Of a stretch of 53,855 nucleotides of DNA, positions 26,354 through 35,986 are shown piece by piece (positions within the stretch are counted from its first letter, which is position 1; every line of letters begins with the position of its first letter). The translations under genes and the position numbers were made by a program. The notes below the pieces were generated by a model, which was not told the origin of the DNA, ran no database searches, and saw nothing but the letters and a program-made list of their open reading frames with translations. The stretch is from the NCBI GenBank assembly GCA_023432475.1, contig JAEYUN010000011.1, positions 1-53,855 on the forward strand, read 5' to 3'. The stretch comes from Candidatus Parcubacteria bacterium (lineage in GTDB: Bacteria > Patescibacteriota > Saccharimonadia > Saccharimonadales > Saccharimonadaceae).

Positions 26354-29300
26354 TTAGGCGTCAAAATCTTCGTCTTCGACCAAGTCGGGAGCTGGCACAA
26401 GGTTGCGCGCGCCGGTACCGACTGGAATCTTCCGGCCGATAATGACGTTCTCTTTCAAGCCATAGAGACTATCGACACGGCCAGTCACGGCAGCATTGAT
26501 AAGCACCCTAGTAGTGTCTTGGAACGACGCGGCAGATAGGAAGCTATCGGACCAGATCGACACTTTAGTGATACCAAGCAGCAGTTGCGTGAATTGAGCC
26601 GGAGCTTTCCCGTCAGCCGTTAAGCTACGGTTCTCTTCAACAACCGACGCTTTGGAGACAATGTCGCCGGTTACGAATTGACTATCACCCGGTTCTTCGA
26701 TTTGAACGCGGCTAAACATCTGTCGAACGATGATCTCAAGGTGTTTAGCGTCGACACGCTCACCTTGAGCGGCGTAAATCCGCAGGATCTCGTTGATGAT
26801 ATAGCGCTGGGTCGCTTCGATGCCTTTTAGACGCATCAGGTCGTGCAAGTTGATTGAACCGTTGGTGAGGCGGTCGCCTGCTTCGACTTCGTCGCCATCG
26901 ACCACCATAAGTTGGCGATAGTTCGGAATCTCGTAGCGAATTGGCGTGTCGGTATTACCGGTAATAACCACTTCCTTATCCGTGACCTCAACGGTACCAT
27001 CGAATGGTGCAATGACCGGCATAGACTCGTCGTCATTACTGGCAATGACATCACCCGCTATTAGCTCAGTGCCACTTGCCACCCGAACGATTTGGCCTTC
27101 TAGTTTGAGGCGTTCAACACGGCCTTTTTTAGGTGTGACCTGTACAACATACTTGTCACCGTCTTCCCAAACCTGAACCAGTCCATTAACTTCAGTTAGG
27201 AACGCTTCACCCTTCGGGCTGCGAGCTTCCAGAAGCTCATCAACGCGGGGTAGACCCTGGGTAATATCACCAGCGCCGGCCGCACCACCTTTATGGAAGT
27301 TGGACAGAGTCAACTGAGTACCCGGTTCACCGATAGACTGAGCAGCGATAACGCCGACTGGCTGTGAGTCAGCTACTAACTGACCAGTTGCCAAGTCCAT
27401 ACCGTAACTCTTGCGCGGCACGCCGCGGAGTGCTACGGCCGAGATCACGCTCATGATCGTAACTTGGTCAATTTTCTCGTCGGCCTGGATAGCATCGGCA
27501 ATAGCTTGAGTTACCAAGTCGCCAGCTTTAGCGTAACCTGGGACGTCGCTCGCTAAGTAACGACCATACAAACGGGCACTAAAGTCCACCATGGTTTCTT
27601 CGGTTTCACGTCGGTAAATCGTGTAGCCTGTGTCGTCACCTTCTTCGTCCTCAACTGTGAAGACGTCTTGGCTGACGTCGACCAAGCGACGCGTTAGGTA
27701 GCCGGAGTCGGCAGTCTTAAGGGCTGTGTCAATCAAACCTTTGCGCGAAGCTCGAGTTGCCACGAAAGCCTCAAGTGTCGAAAGACCTTTTTTGAAGCTT
27801 GAACGAATCGGCAGCTCAATTTCGCGACCACTGGCATCAACGACCACGCCAATCATACCGGTAGCCCATTTGAGGTTACTTAGAGTACCACGAGCACCTG
27901 AACCCACCATGACGGCAATAGAAGTGTCTTCGTGTTGTAAGCGTTCTGCTAGAATTTCATCGACTTTTTTATCGACATTGCGCCAGGTCTCAATAGTTAA
28001 GTTACGGCGCTCGTCGTTAGTGATGAGACCATCTTCATATTGTGTAGAAATAGTCGCGGTGCGTTCGTCACCTTCGTCAATAGCTTTATCAACAAGTGGG
28101 ACATCGAAATAGTCGGTCATACCAGTTGAGACCGATGAAGACGTGGCGTATTTCAGTGCCAGATCCTTGATATCGTCGGCGCTTTGGGCTGTCTGCTCGC
28201 TACCATAACGCTCAAAAATTCGAGCCATTACCTTGGAGAGAGCTTTTTTAGTCATGACGTCTTCGATATATGGGAAATCTTCCGGCAGAACTTCGTTAAA
28301 TATCGCTCGGCCAAGTGTGGTAGTACGAACTTCCCCCTTAGTAAAGACACGAATCGGAGTCTGCAAGCGAATAACTTCACTTTGCTGGAACGCCAAAACC
28401 GCTTCGGCAACATTACTAAACGGACGGAGTTTATCGCTCTGAGCCAAAGGTTTAGCGTAGGTCAGGTAATAGCAACCGAGTACGATGTCCTGAGCAATAT
28501 TCAAGATTGGCGAACCATCTGCCGGTTTTAGTAAGTTGTTAGTGGCACTCATCAAGTCGCGGGCCTCAGCTTGAGCGGCATCGGACAGCGGCAAGTGAAC
28601 GGCCATCTGGTCGCCATCGAAGTCAGCGTTGAAACCTTTACAGACTAACGGGTGCAGCTGAATAGCTTGGCCTTCTATAAGCTTAGGCTGGAAAGCCTGG
28701 ATGCTCAAACGGTGGAGCGACGGTGCCCGGTTTAGAAGGACGTATTTGCCTTCAATAACCGAGTCAAGCGCATCCCAGACTGCCGTATCACCCGCTTCTA
28801 TTAGGCGAGTTGCACTACGGATATTGTGAGCAAACTCGTTCTCAAGCAGCCAGCTAATAACGAACGGCTTAAATAGTTCTAGAGCCATTTGTTTCGGCAA
28901 GCCACACTGATTTATCTTGAGTTCCGGACCGGCTACGATAACCGAACGACCAGAGTAGTCGACACGTTTACCGAGTAGGTTTTGACGGAAACGACCTTGT
29001 TTACCTTTCAGCATATCGCTCAGCGACTTGAGTTTGCGTCGACCGCCCACCGAGCTGACAGCCCGGCCGCCGCGTGCAGCTGAGTTGTCAATCAAAGCGT
29101 CGACAGCTTCTTGCAGCATACGCATCTCGTTGCGCCTGATAACTTCAGGGGCATTTAGGTCAAGCAACTTCTTTAGGCGGTTGTTGCGATTGATAACACG
29201 TCGGTATAGGTCATTAAGGTCTGAGGTAGCAAAACGACCACCTGTTAACTGAACCATCGGACGAAGATCCGGTGGGATGACTGGTAGAACCGTCATACAC

Positions 29301-30178
29301 ATGCTCTCCGGTTTAATACCGGCTCGTTCCATGCCTTCAAGCACCTTCAGGCGTTTCATGATCTTTTTCTTACGCTGGCCCTTGGCAGTTTCGGCTTCTT
29401 CAGTCAGTTCAGCGATAAGTTTGTGTAGATCTACTGCACGCAGCAATCGTTCGAGAGCTTCGCCGCCCATGCCGACTGCGATAATGTCAGCATATTCGTC
29501 AGGTAAGGCTCGATAGTCGTTCTCATTGATCAAAGCGTATTTGACCAGAGAATCAAGCTGGGCTTTTTTGGCTAAATAATTTTCCTCCAGCTCTTCCAGC
29601 TCACGCGTTTGTTCAGCGGCTAGCACCTTAATGTCGGCGCCTTCGACTTCGGCTGATTTTTCAAAGCGTATCTTGATAGCAGTTTTACCAGCTTCCATTT
29701 CGGCTTCTATATCGCTCAGGAACTGAGTCCGTTTTTCATCGTCCACACTCTCGACTATGTAACTAGCGAAGTAAGCTACTCGCTCGAGCATGCGAACTGG
29801 AATTCCAAGCAACAAGCCCATGGCGCTTGGCGTACCACGCATAAACCAGATATGCGCCACTGGAGCTGCCAGCTGAATGTGGCCCATTCGTTCGCGACGA
29901 ACGATACTCTTGGTGACAAGTTCGCCGTTTTTATCGACCGCCGCTTCGCGTGATCGTACGCCTTTTAGCTTGGCGTCATGCGGGTTGATGTCTTTGACTG
30001 GTCCGAAAATCCGTTCGCAGAACAAACCATCCCGTTCCGGTTTTTGAGTGCGATAGTTGATAGTCTCAGGCTTGGTGACCTCACCGTAACTCCATTTCAA
30101 GATGTCATCCGCACTGGCAACAGCCAAGCGAACAGCATCAAAATCGGCGATGTCGGTGTTTAGAATAGGACGTGGCAT
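26354..30178 (-). CDS. rpoC: DNA-directed RNA polymerase subunit beta'
   Basis: Start chosen at ATG 30178 ([26 protein letters not shown]...), 1 nt after the rpoB stop. [12 protein letters not shown] catalytic motif is present. 1274 aa. Confidence 0.97.
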   Translation of the reverse strand: MPRPILNTDIADFDAVRLAVASADDILKWSYGEVTKPETINYRTQKPERDGLFCERIFGPVKDINPHDAKLKGVRSREAAVDKNGELVTKSIVRRERMGHIQLAAPVAHIWFMRGTPSAMGLLLGIPVRMLERVAYFASYIVESVDDEKRTQFLSDIEAEMEAGKTAIKIRFEKSAEVEGADIKVLAAEQTRELEELEENYLAKKAQLDSLVKYALINENDYRALPDEYADIIAVGMGGEALERLLRAVDLHKLIAELTEEAETAKGQRKKKIMKRLKVLEGMERAGIKPESMCMTVLPVIPPDLRPMVQLTGGRFATSDLNDLYRRVINRNNRLKKLLDLNAPEVIRRNEMRMLQEAVDALIDNSAARGGRAVSSVGGRRKLKSLSDMLKGKQGRFRQNLLGKRVDYSGRSVIVAGPELKINQCGLPKQMALELFKPFVISWLLENEFAHNIRSATRLIEAGDTAVWDALDSVIEGKYVLLNRAPSLHRLSIQAFQPKLIEGQAIQLHPLVCKGFNADFDGDQMAVHLPLSDAAQAEARDLMSATNNLLKPADGSPILNIAQDIVLGCYYLTYAKPLAQSDKLRPFSNVAEAVLAFQQSEVIRLQTPIRVFTKGEVRTTTLGRAIFNEVLPEDFPYIEDVMTKKALSKVMARIFERYGSEQTAQSADDIKDLALKYATSSSVSTGMTDYFDVPLVDKAIDEGDERTATISTQYEDGLITNDERRNLTIETWRNVDKKVDEILAERLQHEDTSIAVMVGSGARGTLSNLKWATGMIGVVVDASGREIELPIRSSFKKGLSTLEAFVATRASRKGLIDTALKTADSGYLTRRLVDVSQDVFTVEDEEGDDTGYTIYRRETEETMVDFSARLYGRYLASDVPGYAKAGDLVTQAIADAIQADEKIDQVTIMSVISAVALRGVPRKSYGMDLATGQLVADSQPVGVIAAQSIGEPGTQLTLSNFHKGGAAGAGDITQGLPRVDELLEARSPKGEAFLTEVNGLVQVWEDGDKYVVQVTPKKGRVERLKLEGQIVRVASGTELIAGDVIASNDDESMPVIAPFDGTVEVTDKEVVITGNTDTPIRYEIPNYRQLMVVDGDEVEAGDRLTNGSINLHDLMRLKGIEATQRYIINEILRIYAAQGERVDAKHLEIIVRQMFSRVQIEEPGDSQFVTGDIVSKASVVEENRSLTADGKAPAQFTQLLLGITKVSIWSDSFLSAASFQDTTRVLINAAVTGRVDSLYGLKENVIIGRKIPVGTGARNLVPAPDLVEDEDFDA

Positions 30179-30179
30179 C

Positions 30180-33100
30180 TTACGCCTCCTCACTTTCGTC
30201 TTCATCTTTATATTCTTCGGCTGTTTCAATACTCATGCCTTCTTCGAGTTCAATCTCGCCGAATTCATCGGCTTCGTCAGCCACAACAACTCCTTCGTCG
30301 TGATCATCGCTAGTGGCACTCTCGTCGACTATAACAATCTCGTCGGCTGGCACGCCGGAACCTTCGTTGTCGCTGAGCAAGACATGCTCGGCGTCAATAG
30401 TTTCACTGTCGTCAACCAAGTCGACGCGAAGGCCTAAGCCTTGCAGCTCTTTGACTAAGACGTTGAAACTTTCAGGAATTTTCGGACCGGTAATCTCTTC
30501 ATTCTTGATGATGGCTTCATAAGCCTTAGCTCGTCCGTAAACATCGTCCGACTTGATAGTAAGCATCTCTTGGAGAGTAGTAGCGGCTCCATAAGCTTCA
30601 AGGGCCCAGACCTCCATTTCACCGAAGCGTTGACCACCATTTTGGGCTTTACCACCAAGCGGCTGTTGGGTCACCATGGTGTACGGACCGGTTGAACGAG
30701 CATGGATTTTATCGGCGATCATGTGATGCAGTTTGATCATGTACATGTTACCGACAGCGGTTTTCTCTAAGAAAGCTTCACCAGTACGGCCGTCGTATAA
30801 CTGAACCTTACCGTCTTCTGGTAGGCCGGCTTTTTTGAGCTCACTGACAATTACATCGTTCGGCACGCCGTTAAATGGTGGTGTGGCGACTTTGTAGCCA
30901 AGCATACGAGCTGCCATACCTAGGTGGGTTTCAAACAACTGTCCCAAATTCATACGTGAAGGCACGCCAAGCGGGTTAAGGATAACATCTACCGGAGTAC
31001 CGTCGGCCATGAAAGGCATGTCAGCTTCAGGTAGGATTCGGGCGACTACACCCTTGTTACCGTGTCGGCCAGCCAGCTTATCACCGACAGCCACTTTACG
31101 GGTCTGGGCGACAAATATCTGAATTTGCATCAGGACACCAGCTTTGAGCTCATGACCGTTTTCACGGCTGAAAACCCGAACGCCGACGACCTTGCCGTAC
31201 TTACCGTTACCCATGCGCTGAGACGTATCGCGTACGTCTTTGGCTTTCTCGCCGAAGATAGCGCGGAGCAGTCGCTCCTCCGAGCTTAGTTCCTGCTCGC
31301 CCTTAGGAGTAATTTTACCAACCAAGACATCACCGGCTTTAACTTCAGCACCAACCCGCACAATACCGTCTTCGTCGAGGTGGCGCAGACTCTCTTCGCT
31401 GACATTCGGAATGTCACGGGTCACAATTTCCGGTCCAAGTTTGGTTTCACGAACTTCTACCATAAAGTCATCGATGTTAATGCTGGTCAGCTCGTCATCA
31501 CGGACCAAACGATCACTCAATATTATTGAGTCGTCCATGTTGTAACCGCCCCATGGCATGAAGGCGACTATCAGGTCGCGACCGAGGGCCAGTTCGCCAT
31601 CGGCAATAGACGCACCTTCAATCAGAATGTCGCCTTTTTTAACCTTGTCACCACGATTGACTTTGACTTTTTGGTTAATCGAACGGTCGTCGTTACTTTG
31701 TTCAAAGTGAACAACCGGGTAAATAACTATTTCTTTCGGTCCATATTTAACATGTACCTCGTCAGCATCGGCGCGCACAACCTCACCGGCAGCTTTAGCT
31801 ACTACCAACTGTGGGGTATTGCGAGCAATATCGGCCTCCACGCCGGTTCCGACAATTGGGCTAGTGGTTTTAACTAGCGGGACTGCCTGACGTTGCATGT
31901 TTGATCCGGTCAAGTTTCGGTCGATACGGTTTTTCTCGACAAAGGGCACCAGAGCGGCTGTCGTACCGATAACCTGCATTTTACTGGCGTCCATGTAAGT
32001 GACCTCGTCGGCATCGACTTCAGCCGGAAACAGGTTTTTACGAGCACTGACGCGATTTTCGGCAAAACTGCCGTTGTCTTTGACAGAGTTGCCAGCTTCG
32101 GCGATAACCTCACGAGCTTCTTGGGCAGCATCCATATAAACGACTTCGTCAGTCACTTTACCCTTAACTACTTTGCGGTAAGGCGCTTCGATAAAACCAT
32201 ACTCGTTGATACGTGCATAGCTAGCTAGGTTCAACACCAGGCCGATGTTACCACCTTCCGGCGTCTCAATGATGTCAATTCGGCCATAGTGTGTTGGGTG
32301 AGCATCACGGACTTCAAACCCGGCGCGTTCACGGCTGAGTCCGCCAGGACCCATCGAGTTGAGACGACGTTTATGCGAAAGTTCAGATAACGGGTTTGTT
32401 TGGTCCATAAACTGACTGAGTTGAGAGCTAGCGAAGAACTCGCGCACGGCTGCTACCACTGGACGAGCATTGATCAGCTGGCCGGGAGTAACGTGCTCGA
32501 TATCACTGACACTCATACGGTCTTTAGTATTGCGGTCCATACGCAGCATACCGATACGGAACTGGCGACTAACCAATTCGCCAACCAGTTTGATACGACG
32601 GTTATGTAGAGCGTCGATATCATCGGGTGCTTCTTGTGTGTTGTTCAGACGAATAATTTCACGAACAATGGCGATTAAATCGTCGATTCGCATAACGCGG
32701 TTCTCGGCGGTATTTGGCACTTCCATACCAAGCCGTTGATTGACTTTGTAACGGCCAACCCGGCTAATATCGAATCGTTTGAAGTCAAAGAACATCCGCT
32801 CAATCATGGTACGGGCATTTTCAACCGTCACCAGGTCACCTGGGCGCAGACGGCGATAGACTTCAACAAGCGCTTCGTTAGTACCGCTTGTCGGGTCTTT
32901 TTCAAGGGTGGCATCTATGTATTTAACGTCGCCATTATCGATGTCGTGGAAAAGTTCTTTGATGGCTTTGTCACTACCGTGACCAAATGCACGTAGTAGA
33001 GTGGTGACAGCAATTTTGCGACGTCGGTCAATCTTGACATAGATAGCACCATTGACAGCAGTTTCGAACTCCAACCAAGCACCGCGCCCTGGTATTAGTT

Positions 33101-33578
33101 TGGCACCGTAGTAATTGCGGCCGTTGTGGTTATCGGCCGTAAAGAAGATACCGGCACTACGAATCAACTGGCTGACGACGACGCGCTCGGCACCATTAAT
33201 TACAAAAGTGCCACGTTCAGTCATCCATGGATAGTCACCCAGGTAGATTTCCTGCTCTTTGACTTCACCGGTAACTTTGTTGGTAAGCTCCACCGTCGCC
33301 TTAAGCGGCGCATCATAGCTGATATTATTTTCTCGAGCATAAACTTCGCTGGTTTTAGGATCTTCGAACCGGTAATCTTTAAACCGAAGTTCAAGTTTCT
33401 GTCCGGTATAATCCTCAATCGGGTTAATTTCGGCAAAAATCTCGCCGAGCCCGCTTGCCACAAACTCTTTCCATGATTCGAGTTGGTGACCGATCAAGTT
33501 TGGCAGGTCAAGAACGTGGTCTTCTTTGGTAAAATACACGCGCTTGCCGGCTTGCTGCTTGACATTGCTTGTAGCCAT
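30180..33578 (-). CDS. rpoB: DNA-directed RNA polymerase subunit beta (with an acidic C-terminal tail of about 70 aa)
   Basis: Start chosen at ATG 33578 (MATSNVKQQAGKRVYFTKEDHV...), after TAGGAGGCTAC. The conserved core is present. The tail is ...DDSETIDAEHVLLSDNEGSG...EEYKDEDESEEA. Confidence 0.97.
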   Translation of the reverse strand: MATSNVKQQAGKRVYFTKEDHVLDLPNLIGHQLESWKEFVASGLGEIFAEINPIEDYTGQKLELRFKDYRFEDPKTSEVYARENNISYDAPLKATVELTNKVTGEVKEQEIYLGDYPWMTERGTFVINGAERVVVSQLIRSAGIFFTADNHNGRNYYGAKLIPGRGAWLEFETAVNGAIYVKIDRRRKIAVTTLLRAFGHGSDKAIKELFHDIDNGDVKYIDATLEKDPTSGTNEALVEVYRRLRPGDLVTVENARTMIERMFFDFKRFDISRVGRYKVNQRLGMEVPNTAENRVMRIDDLIAIVREIIRLNNTQEAPDDIDALHNRRIKLVGELVSRQFRIGMLRMDRNTKDRMSVSDIEHVTPGQLINARPVVAAVREFFASSQLSQFMDQTNPLSELSHKRRLNSMGPGGLSRERAGFEVRDAHPTHYGRIDIIETPEGGNIGLVLNLASYARINEYGFIEAPYRKVVKGKVTDEVVYMDAAQEAREVIAEAGNSVKDNGSFAENRVSARKNLFPAEVDADEVTYMDASKMQVIGTTAALVPFVEKNRIDRNLTGSNMQRQAVPLVKTTSPIVGTGVEADIARNTPQLVVAKAAGEVVRADADEVHVKYGPKEIVIYPVVHFEQSNDDRSINQKVKVNRGDKVKKGDILIEGASIADGELALGRDLIVAFMPWGGYNMDDSIILSDRLVRDDELTSINIDDFMVEVRETKLGPEIVTRDIPNVSEESLRHLDEDGIVRVGAEVKAGDVLVGKITPKGEQELSSEERLLRAIFGEKAKDVRDTSQRMGNGKYGKVVGVRVFSRENGHELKAGVLMQIQIFVAQTRKVAVGDKLAGRHGNKGVVARILPEADMPFMADGTPVDVILNPLGVPSRMNLGQLFETHLGMAARMLGYKVATPPFNGVPNDVIVSELKKAGLPEDGKVQLYDGRTGEAFLEKTAVGNMYMIKLHHMIADKIHARSTGPYTMVTQQPLGGKAQNGGQRFGEMEVWALEAYGAATTLQEMLTIKSDDVYGRAKAYEAIIKNEEITGPKIPESFNVLVKELQGLGLRVDLVDDSETIDAEHVLLSDNEGSGVPADEIVIVDESATSDDHDEGVVVADEADEFGEIELEEGMSIETAEEYKDEDESEEA

Positions 33579-33629
33579 GTAGCCTCCTAAGCTGGTTTCT
33601 AGCTTAAATAGAGCTCTGATAGCGGTGGA

Positions 33630-33647
33630 GGTATATGCGCATATACC
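33630..33647. repeat. perfect 18-bp palindrome GGTATATGCGCATATACC in the rpoB leader
   Basis: Read directly from the sequence; it lies 52 nt upstream of the rpoB ATG (33578). Confidence 0.9.
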
Positions 33648-33794
33648 CACACATCAGTTTAAACATCTATTTTCAGCCTTTAGTGATATTCGTCTGGCGC
33701 CGAAGTTCACTAGGGGTGGCTCTGCAACGCAAAAACGCCTCGCCAATAGCGTGCGTCGACAGTGAGCCAGCCTATACAATCTTCATTAATTACT

Positions 33795-33823
33795 ACTCTA
33801 GTGGCTGGTCTAAATTATGTCAA
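33795..33823 (-). promoter_or_regulatory. candidate rpoB promoter TTGACA-17-TAGAGT (a second TTGACA lies 25 bp upstream at 33843-33848)
   Basis: Minus strand: TTGACA (33823-33818) taatttagaccagccac TAGAGT (33800-33795). This implies a 5' UTR of about 210 nt. Confidence 0.45.
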
Positions 33824-33858
33824 GTATTTATAGCTTAAATGTTGTCAAATTAAAACAG

Positions 33859-33917
33859 GCTCCTGCAGTATACTCCGGTCATCGCCTCGCGATGCCATCT
33901 CTATATACTACAGGAGC
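33859..33917 (-). terminator. nested hairpin after the two-gene orphan module
   Basis: Outer arms GCTCCTGcAGTATA (33859-33872) / TATACTaCAGGAGC (33904-33917), 13 of 14 bp. Inner stem CATCGC ctc GCGATG (33880-33894). On the minus strand it is followed by CTGTTTTAATTT. Confidence 0.6.
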
Positions 33918-33937
33918 TTTCTCCCTACCCCTCAGGT

Positions 33938-34051
33938 TCAGTCGTAGTCGATCATCGGCGGGAACTCGTCGCTTCTGTCGAACTTGAACTTCAGCCACAA
34001 CCACGGGTGCCGCCACCACGTCGGCGTCGGCGTGATTTCAGGACCATACAT
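33938..34051 (-). CDS. hypothetical Trp-rich micro-protein, 37 aa
   Basis: Not in the ORF track. Own translation: MYGPEITPTPTWWRHPWLWLKFKFDRSDEFPPMIDYD. A strong GGGAGGAG SD lies 7 nt upstream of ATG 34051, and the gene starts 25 nt after the upstream gene's stop. Confidence 0.55.
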   Translation of the reverse strand: MYGPEITPTPTWWRHPWLWLKFKFDRSDEFPPMIDYD

Positions 34052-34076
34052 CTGATAACTCCTCCCAGAGCCGTCC

Positions 34077-34304
34077 CTACGCCTCGTCTTGATACCCTTC
34101 TTTGGGCAGGCGGCGATGGCCGTGACGCACCACGGACCACGCCTTGTAGACCCCGTAACGCCACATCATGGGCAGCTTTTTGTAAAGCTTGCGTCCCAGA
34201 ACGGCTAGGGCATCCCAGAGAACACTCCGGGCTATTAGTGTCCCGTCCTTCTTGCGCAGCTGGGCTGCGACATCACGGAACGTGACTTCACTTGAATTAT
34301 TCAA
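34077..34304 (-). CDS. hypothetical basic protein, about 75 aa (orphan, GC-rich)
   Basis: TTG at 34304 lies 4 nt after GGGAGG. The ORF-track start at 34337 is also TTG but has no SD. Sequence (L/M)NNSSEVTFRDVAAQLRKKDGTLIARSVLWDALAVLGRKLYKKLPMMWRYGVYKAW... Confidence 0.5.
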   Translation of the reverse strand: MNNSSEVTFRDVAAQLRKKDGTLIARSVLWDALAVLGRKLYKKLPMMWRYGVYKAWSVVRHGHRRLPKEGYQDEA

Positions 34305-34399
34305 ACGTCCTCCCAAGCTCGAGTGACCGTGATCCAAAAACCGATAACCCGTTTATGCGAGCCATCGACCTTTCTAGGTAAATATTATAACACTTATAG

Positions 34400-34990
34400 C
34401 TACTTTAAGCTAGAGATAACCTTATCGGCGATGCCATAACTAACGGCTTCTTTTGCATCCATCCAAAAGTCACGCTCCATGTCGGTTTTTACTTTGGAAG
34501 GCTTTTGACCGGTAGCTCTAGCCATAATATCTATAAGAACTTCTTTGGTACGAACTGATTCACGAAGGCTAATTTCTTGATCGGTAACCTGGCCGCGCGT
34601 CCCCCCATGGGGTTGATGCATCATAACGCGTGAGTTGGGCAGGACGAATCGCTTGCCTTTAGCACCGCTGGCTAGAAGTACCGCCCCAAAACTTGCCTGT
34701 AGACCAATACCATAAGTAGCAACGTCAGGCTTGATAAAATTCATCGTATCAAAAATAGCTAACCCGTCATAAACACTGCCGCCCGGGCTGTTAATATAAA
34801 GTGCAATGTCCTTCTTCGGGTCTTCATAGGCTAGGTGTAATAGCTGAGCCACCACAATATTAGCGGTGTGTTCGTTGACTTCTTCGCCGAGAAATATAAT
34901 CCGTTCTTTCAAGAGTCTGGAATATATATCAAAAGCCCGTTCGCCGTCGTAATTCTTTTCAATAACTGTCGGTACCAAATAGTTCTTCAT
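34400..34990 (-). CDS. clpP: ATP-dependent Clp protease proteolytic subunit
   Basis: ...[22 protein letters not shown]...[18 protein letters not shown]...MMHQPHGG...; Ser-His-Asp ClpP core; GGAGG SD. Confidence 0.98.
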   Translation of the reverse strand: MKNYLVPTVIEKNYDGERAFDIYSRLLKERIIFLGEEVNEHTANIVVAQLLHLAYEDPKKDIALYINSPGGSVYDGLAIFDTMNFIKPDVATYGIGLQASFGAVLLASGAKGKRFVLPNSRVMMHQPHGGTRGQVTDQEISLRESVRTKEVLIDIMARATGQKPSKVKTDMERDFWMDAKEAVSYGIADKVISSLK

Positions 34991-35019
34991 GATGATCCTC
35001 CGTGAGTTGATCTAATTGT

Positions 35020-35056
35020 AAATCAAAATTAGCACTCATGCAAGTTGAGTGCTAAT
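35020..35056 (-). terminator. canonical rho-independent terminator just upstream of clpP
   Basis: Minus strand: AGCACTCA acttgca TGAGTGCT (8-11 bp), followed by AATTTTGATTT. Confidence 0.7.
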
Positions 35057-35073
35057 AATTGTGCCTATGGGAA

Positions 35074-35096
35074 GCGCCCGCCGTAACGGCGAGCGC
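35074..35096 (-). terminator. GC-rich hairpin without U-tract after the 67-aa TM gene
   Basis: GCGCcCGCCG taa CGGCGaGCGC. Confidence 0.45.
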
Positions 35097-35107
35097 TGAC
35101 ACCCGGT

Positions 35108-35311
35108 TCAGTGACGTATTGGGCGGCGAACGCCGCGAAGCTCTCGGAGGATTAACCAGATGCCAATCCCGATTATGAGCGCTAGAGCAACCAGCCCGAA
35201 CACGTTGACCATTTGGGGGAGACTCAGGCTCCCCAACCAGGTCCAAACCCTCGGCGCATGCTGAGCTAGCGCCAAGATCATTAGAACGGCCAAGAAAGCC
35301 TTGAATTTCAC
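35108..35311 (-). CDS. small membrane protein, 67 aa, 2 hydrophobic helices (GTG start)
   Basis: (V/M)KFKAFLAVLMILALAQHAPRVWTWLGSLSLPQMVNVFGLVALALIIGIGIWLILRELRGVRRPIRH. A GGGAGA SD is present, downstream of a consensus promoter. Confidence 0.6.
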   Translation of the reverse strand: MKFKAFLAVLMILALAQHAPRVWTWLGSLSLPQMVNVFGLVALALIIGIGIWLILRELRGVRRPIRH

Positions 35312-35348
35312 CTTTTCTCCCTATGTCGAGGAACGAGTGTACTTTTCT

Positions 35349-35377
35349 AGTATAGCATAAGTACTTTGTGTTGTCAA
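35349..35377 (-). promoter_or_regulatory. consensus promoter TTGACA-17-TATACT
   Basis: Minus strand: TTGACA (35377-35372) acacaaagtacttatgc TATACT (35354-35349) agaaaa GTACAC. Confidence 0.7.
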
Positions 35378-35387
35378 TATATGGTGA

Positions 35388-35410
35388 GCGCCCCGGAAAT
35401 TCCGAGGCGC
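35388..35410 (-). terminator. GC-rich hairpin after the 84/86-aa TM gene pair
   Basis: GCGCCcCGG aaatt CCGaGGCGC on the plus strand (8 of 9 bp); no U-tract. Confidence 0.4.
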
Positions 35411-35424
35411 TTGACACCCGTACT

Positions 35425-35685
35425 TCAAAGTTGCTTGAGGTCACGGCGGCGACCAGCCTCCAGAGCCACATATACGGTGGCGATCAGACTGGCGTTCAAC
35501 AAGACAGACACAGTCCCTGCTCTGTCTGGTTCAGGAACCCAGGCTGTTACCACGATCGGCCAACCTAGAGCCATCACAGCGACCAGCCAGGCGACGGTAT
35601 AAATGCGGTGCTTAACCGCAAACCATACAGCCGCGAGACAGACCAGCGTCGGGCTAGCGTAATACGCCAGCAGCGACAGAGTCAT
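35425..35685 (-). CDS. small membrane protein, 86 aa, about 3 hydrophobic helices
   Basis: MTLSLLAYYASPTLVCLAAVWFAVKHRIYTVAWLVAVMALGWPIVVTAWVPEPDRAGTVSVLLNASLIATVYVALEAGRRR... Its ATG overlaps the upstream gene's stop (ATGA). Confidence 0.6.
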   Translation of the reverse strand: MTLSLLAYYASPTLVCLAAVWFAVKHRIYTVAWLVAVMALGWPIVVTAWVPEPDRAGTVSVLLNASLIATVYVALEAGRRRDLKQL

Positions 35686-35933
35686 GATGGATCCTCCCTA
35701 GTCTTCCTGCCAGCACGCCCAGCCATGACCAGCAGAGCTACAAGACAGCACGCGATAGCGACTGCTGTCAGATTCTGCCAGGATCGACCCACGAGCAGCC
35801 CGATGAGCAGGAATGCATCCAGCAGGCTACGCTGGAAGAGATTCAGCACGACAGCGAACGCAATCGCCGACGTAGACCACCTGATCAGGTTGGTCTTGTT
35901 TCTTTCGACGAACGCGTGGTAGCGCTTGTACAT
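35682..35933 (-). CDS. small membrane protein, 83 aa, 2 hydrophobic helices
   Basis: ATG at 35933 lies 5 nt after GGAAGGAG. Sequence MYKRYHAFVERNKTNLIRWSTSAIAFAVVLNLFQRSLLDAFLLIGLLVGRSWQNLTAVAIACCLVALLVMAGRAGRK... Confidence 0.6.
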   Translation of the reverse strand: MYKRYHAFVERNKTNLIRWSTSAIAFAVVLNLFQRSLLDAFLLIGLLVGRSWQNLTAVAIACCLVALLVMAGRAGRKTREDPS

Positions 35934-35986
35934 CACTTCTCCTTCCAGGAGATTGGCTGATTTTTTAGGTACAGGTGTACTTTTTT

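Noticed and set aside
2014-33476. Dozens of 60-140-aa ORF-track ORFs lie antisense to, or out of frame within, the r-protein, tuf, fusA, rpoB, rpoC and secY genes. Examples: 2476..2901 +, 3917..4324 -, 8261..8710 +, 13761..14021 -, 20590..20961 -, 22055..22393 -, 27726..28112 +, 33126..33476 +.
   Set aside because: They are fully embedded in strongly supported conserved genes. They have low-complexity Ser/Arg/Leu/Pro-rich translations typical of shadow frames, and no SD or promoter of their own.
2215-33650. N-terminally extended versions of rpoA (to 3174), rpsD (3811), rpsE (8321), rpsQ (11428), rplV (13222), rplC (15795), rpoC (30229), rpoB (33650), rsmD (41729) and the trmH-like gene (39729), as listed in the ORF track.
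   Set aside because: The extensions overlap the preceding gene or an SD. They encode non-conserved junk such as MTVMDVNMLAGSRLLLMLL. An internal ATG or GTG with a proper SD restores the canonical N-terminus and tight gene packing.
35052-35922. Long ORFs in the GC-rich island in other frames or on the other strand: 35052..35471 - (139 aa), 35366..35602 +, 35368..35568 +, 35608..35922 +, 36118..36414 +.
   Set aside because: They span promoters and terminators of the small TM genes, are Arg/Pro/Ser-rich, and lack SDs. Open frames of this kind are expected by chance in GC-rich DNA.
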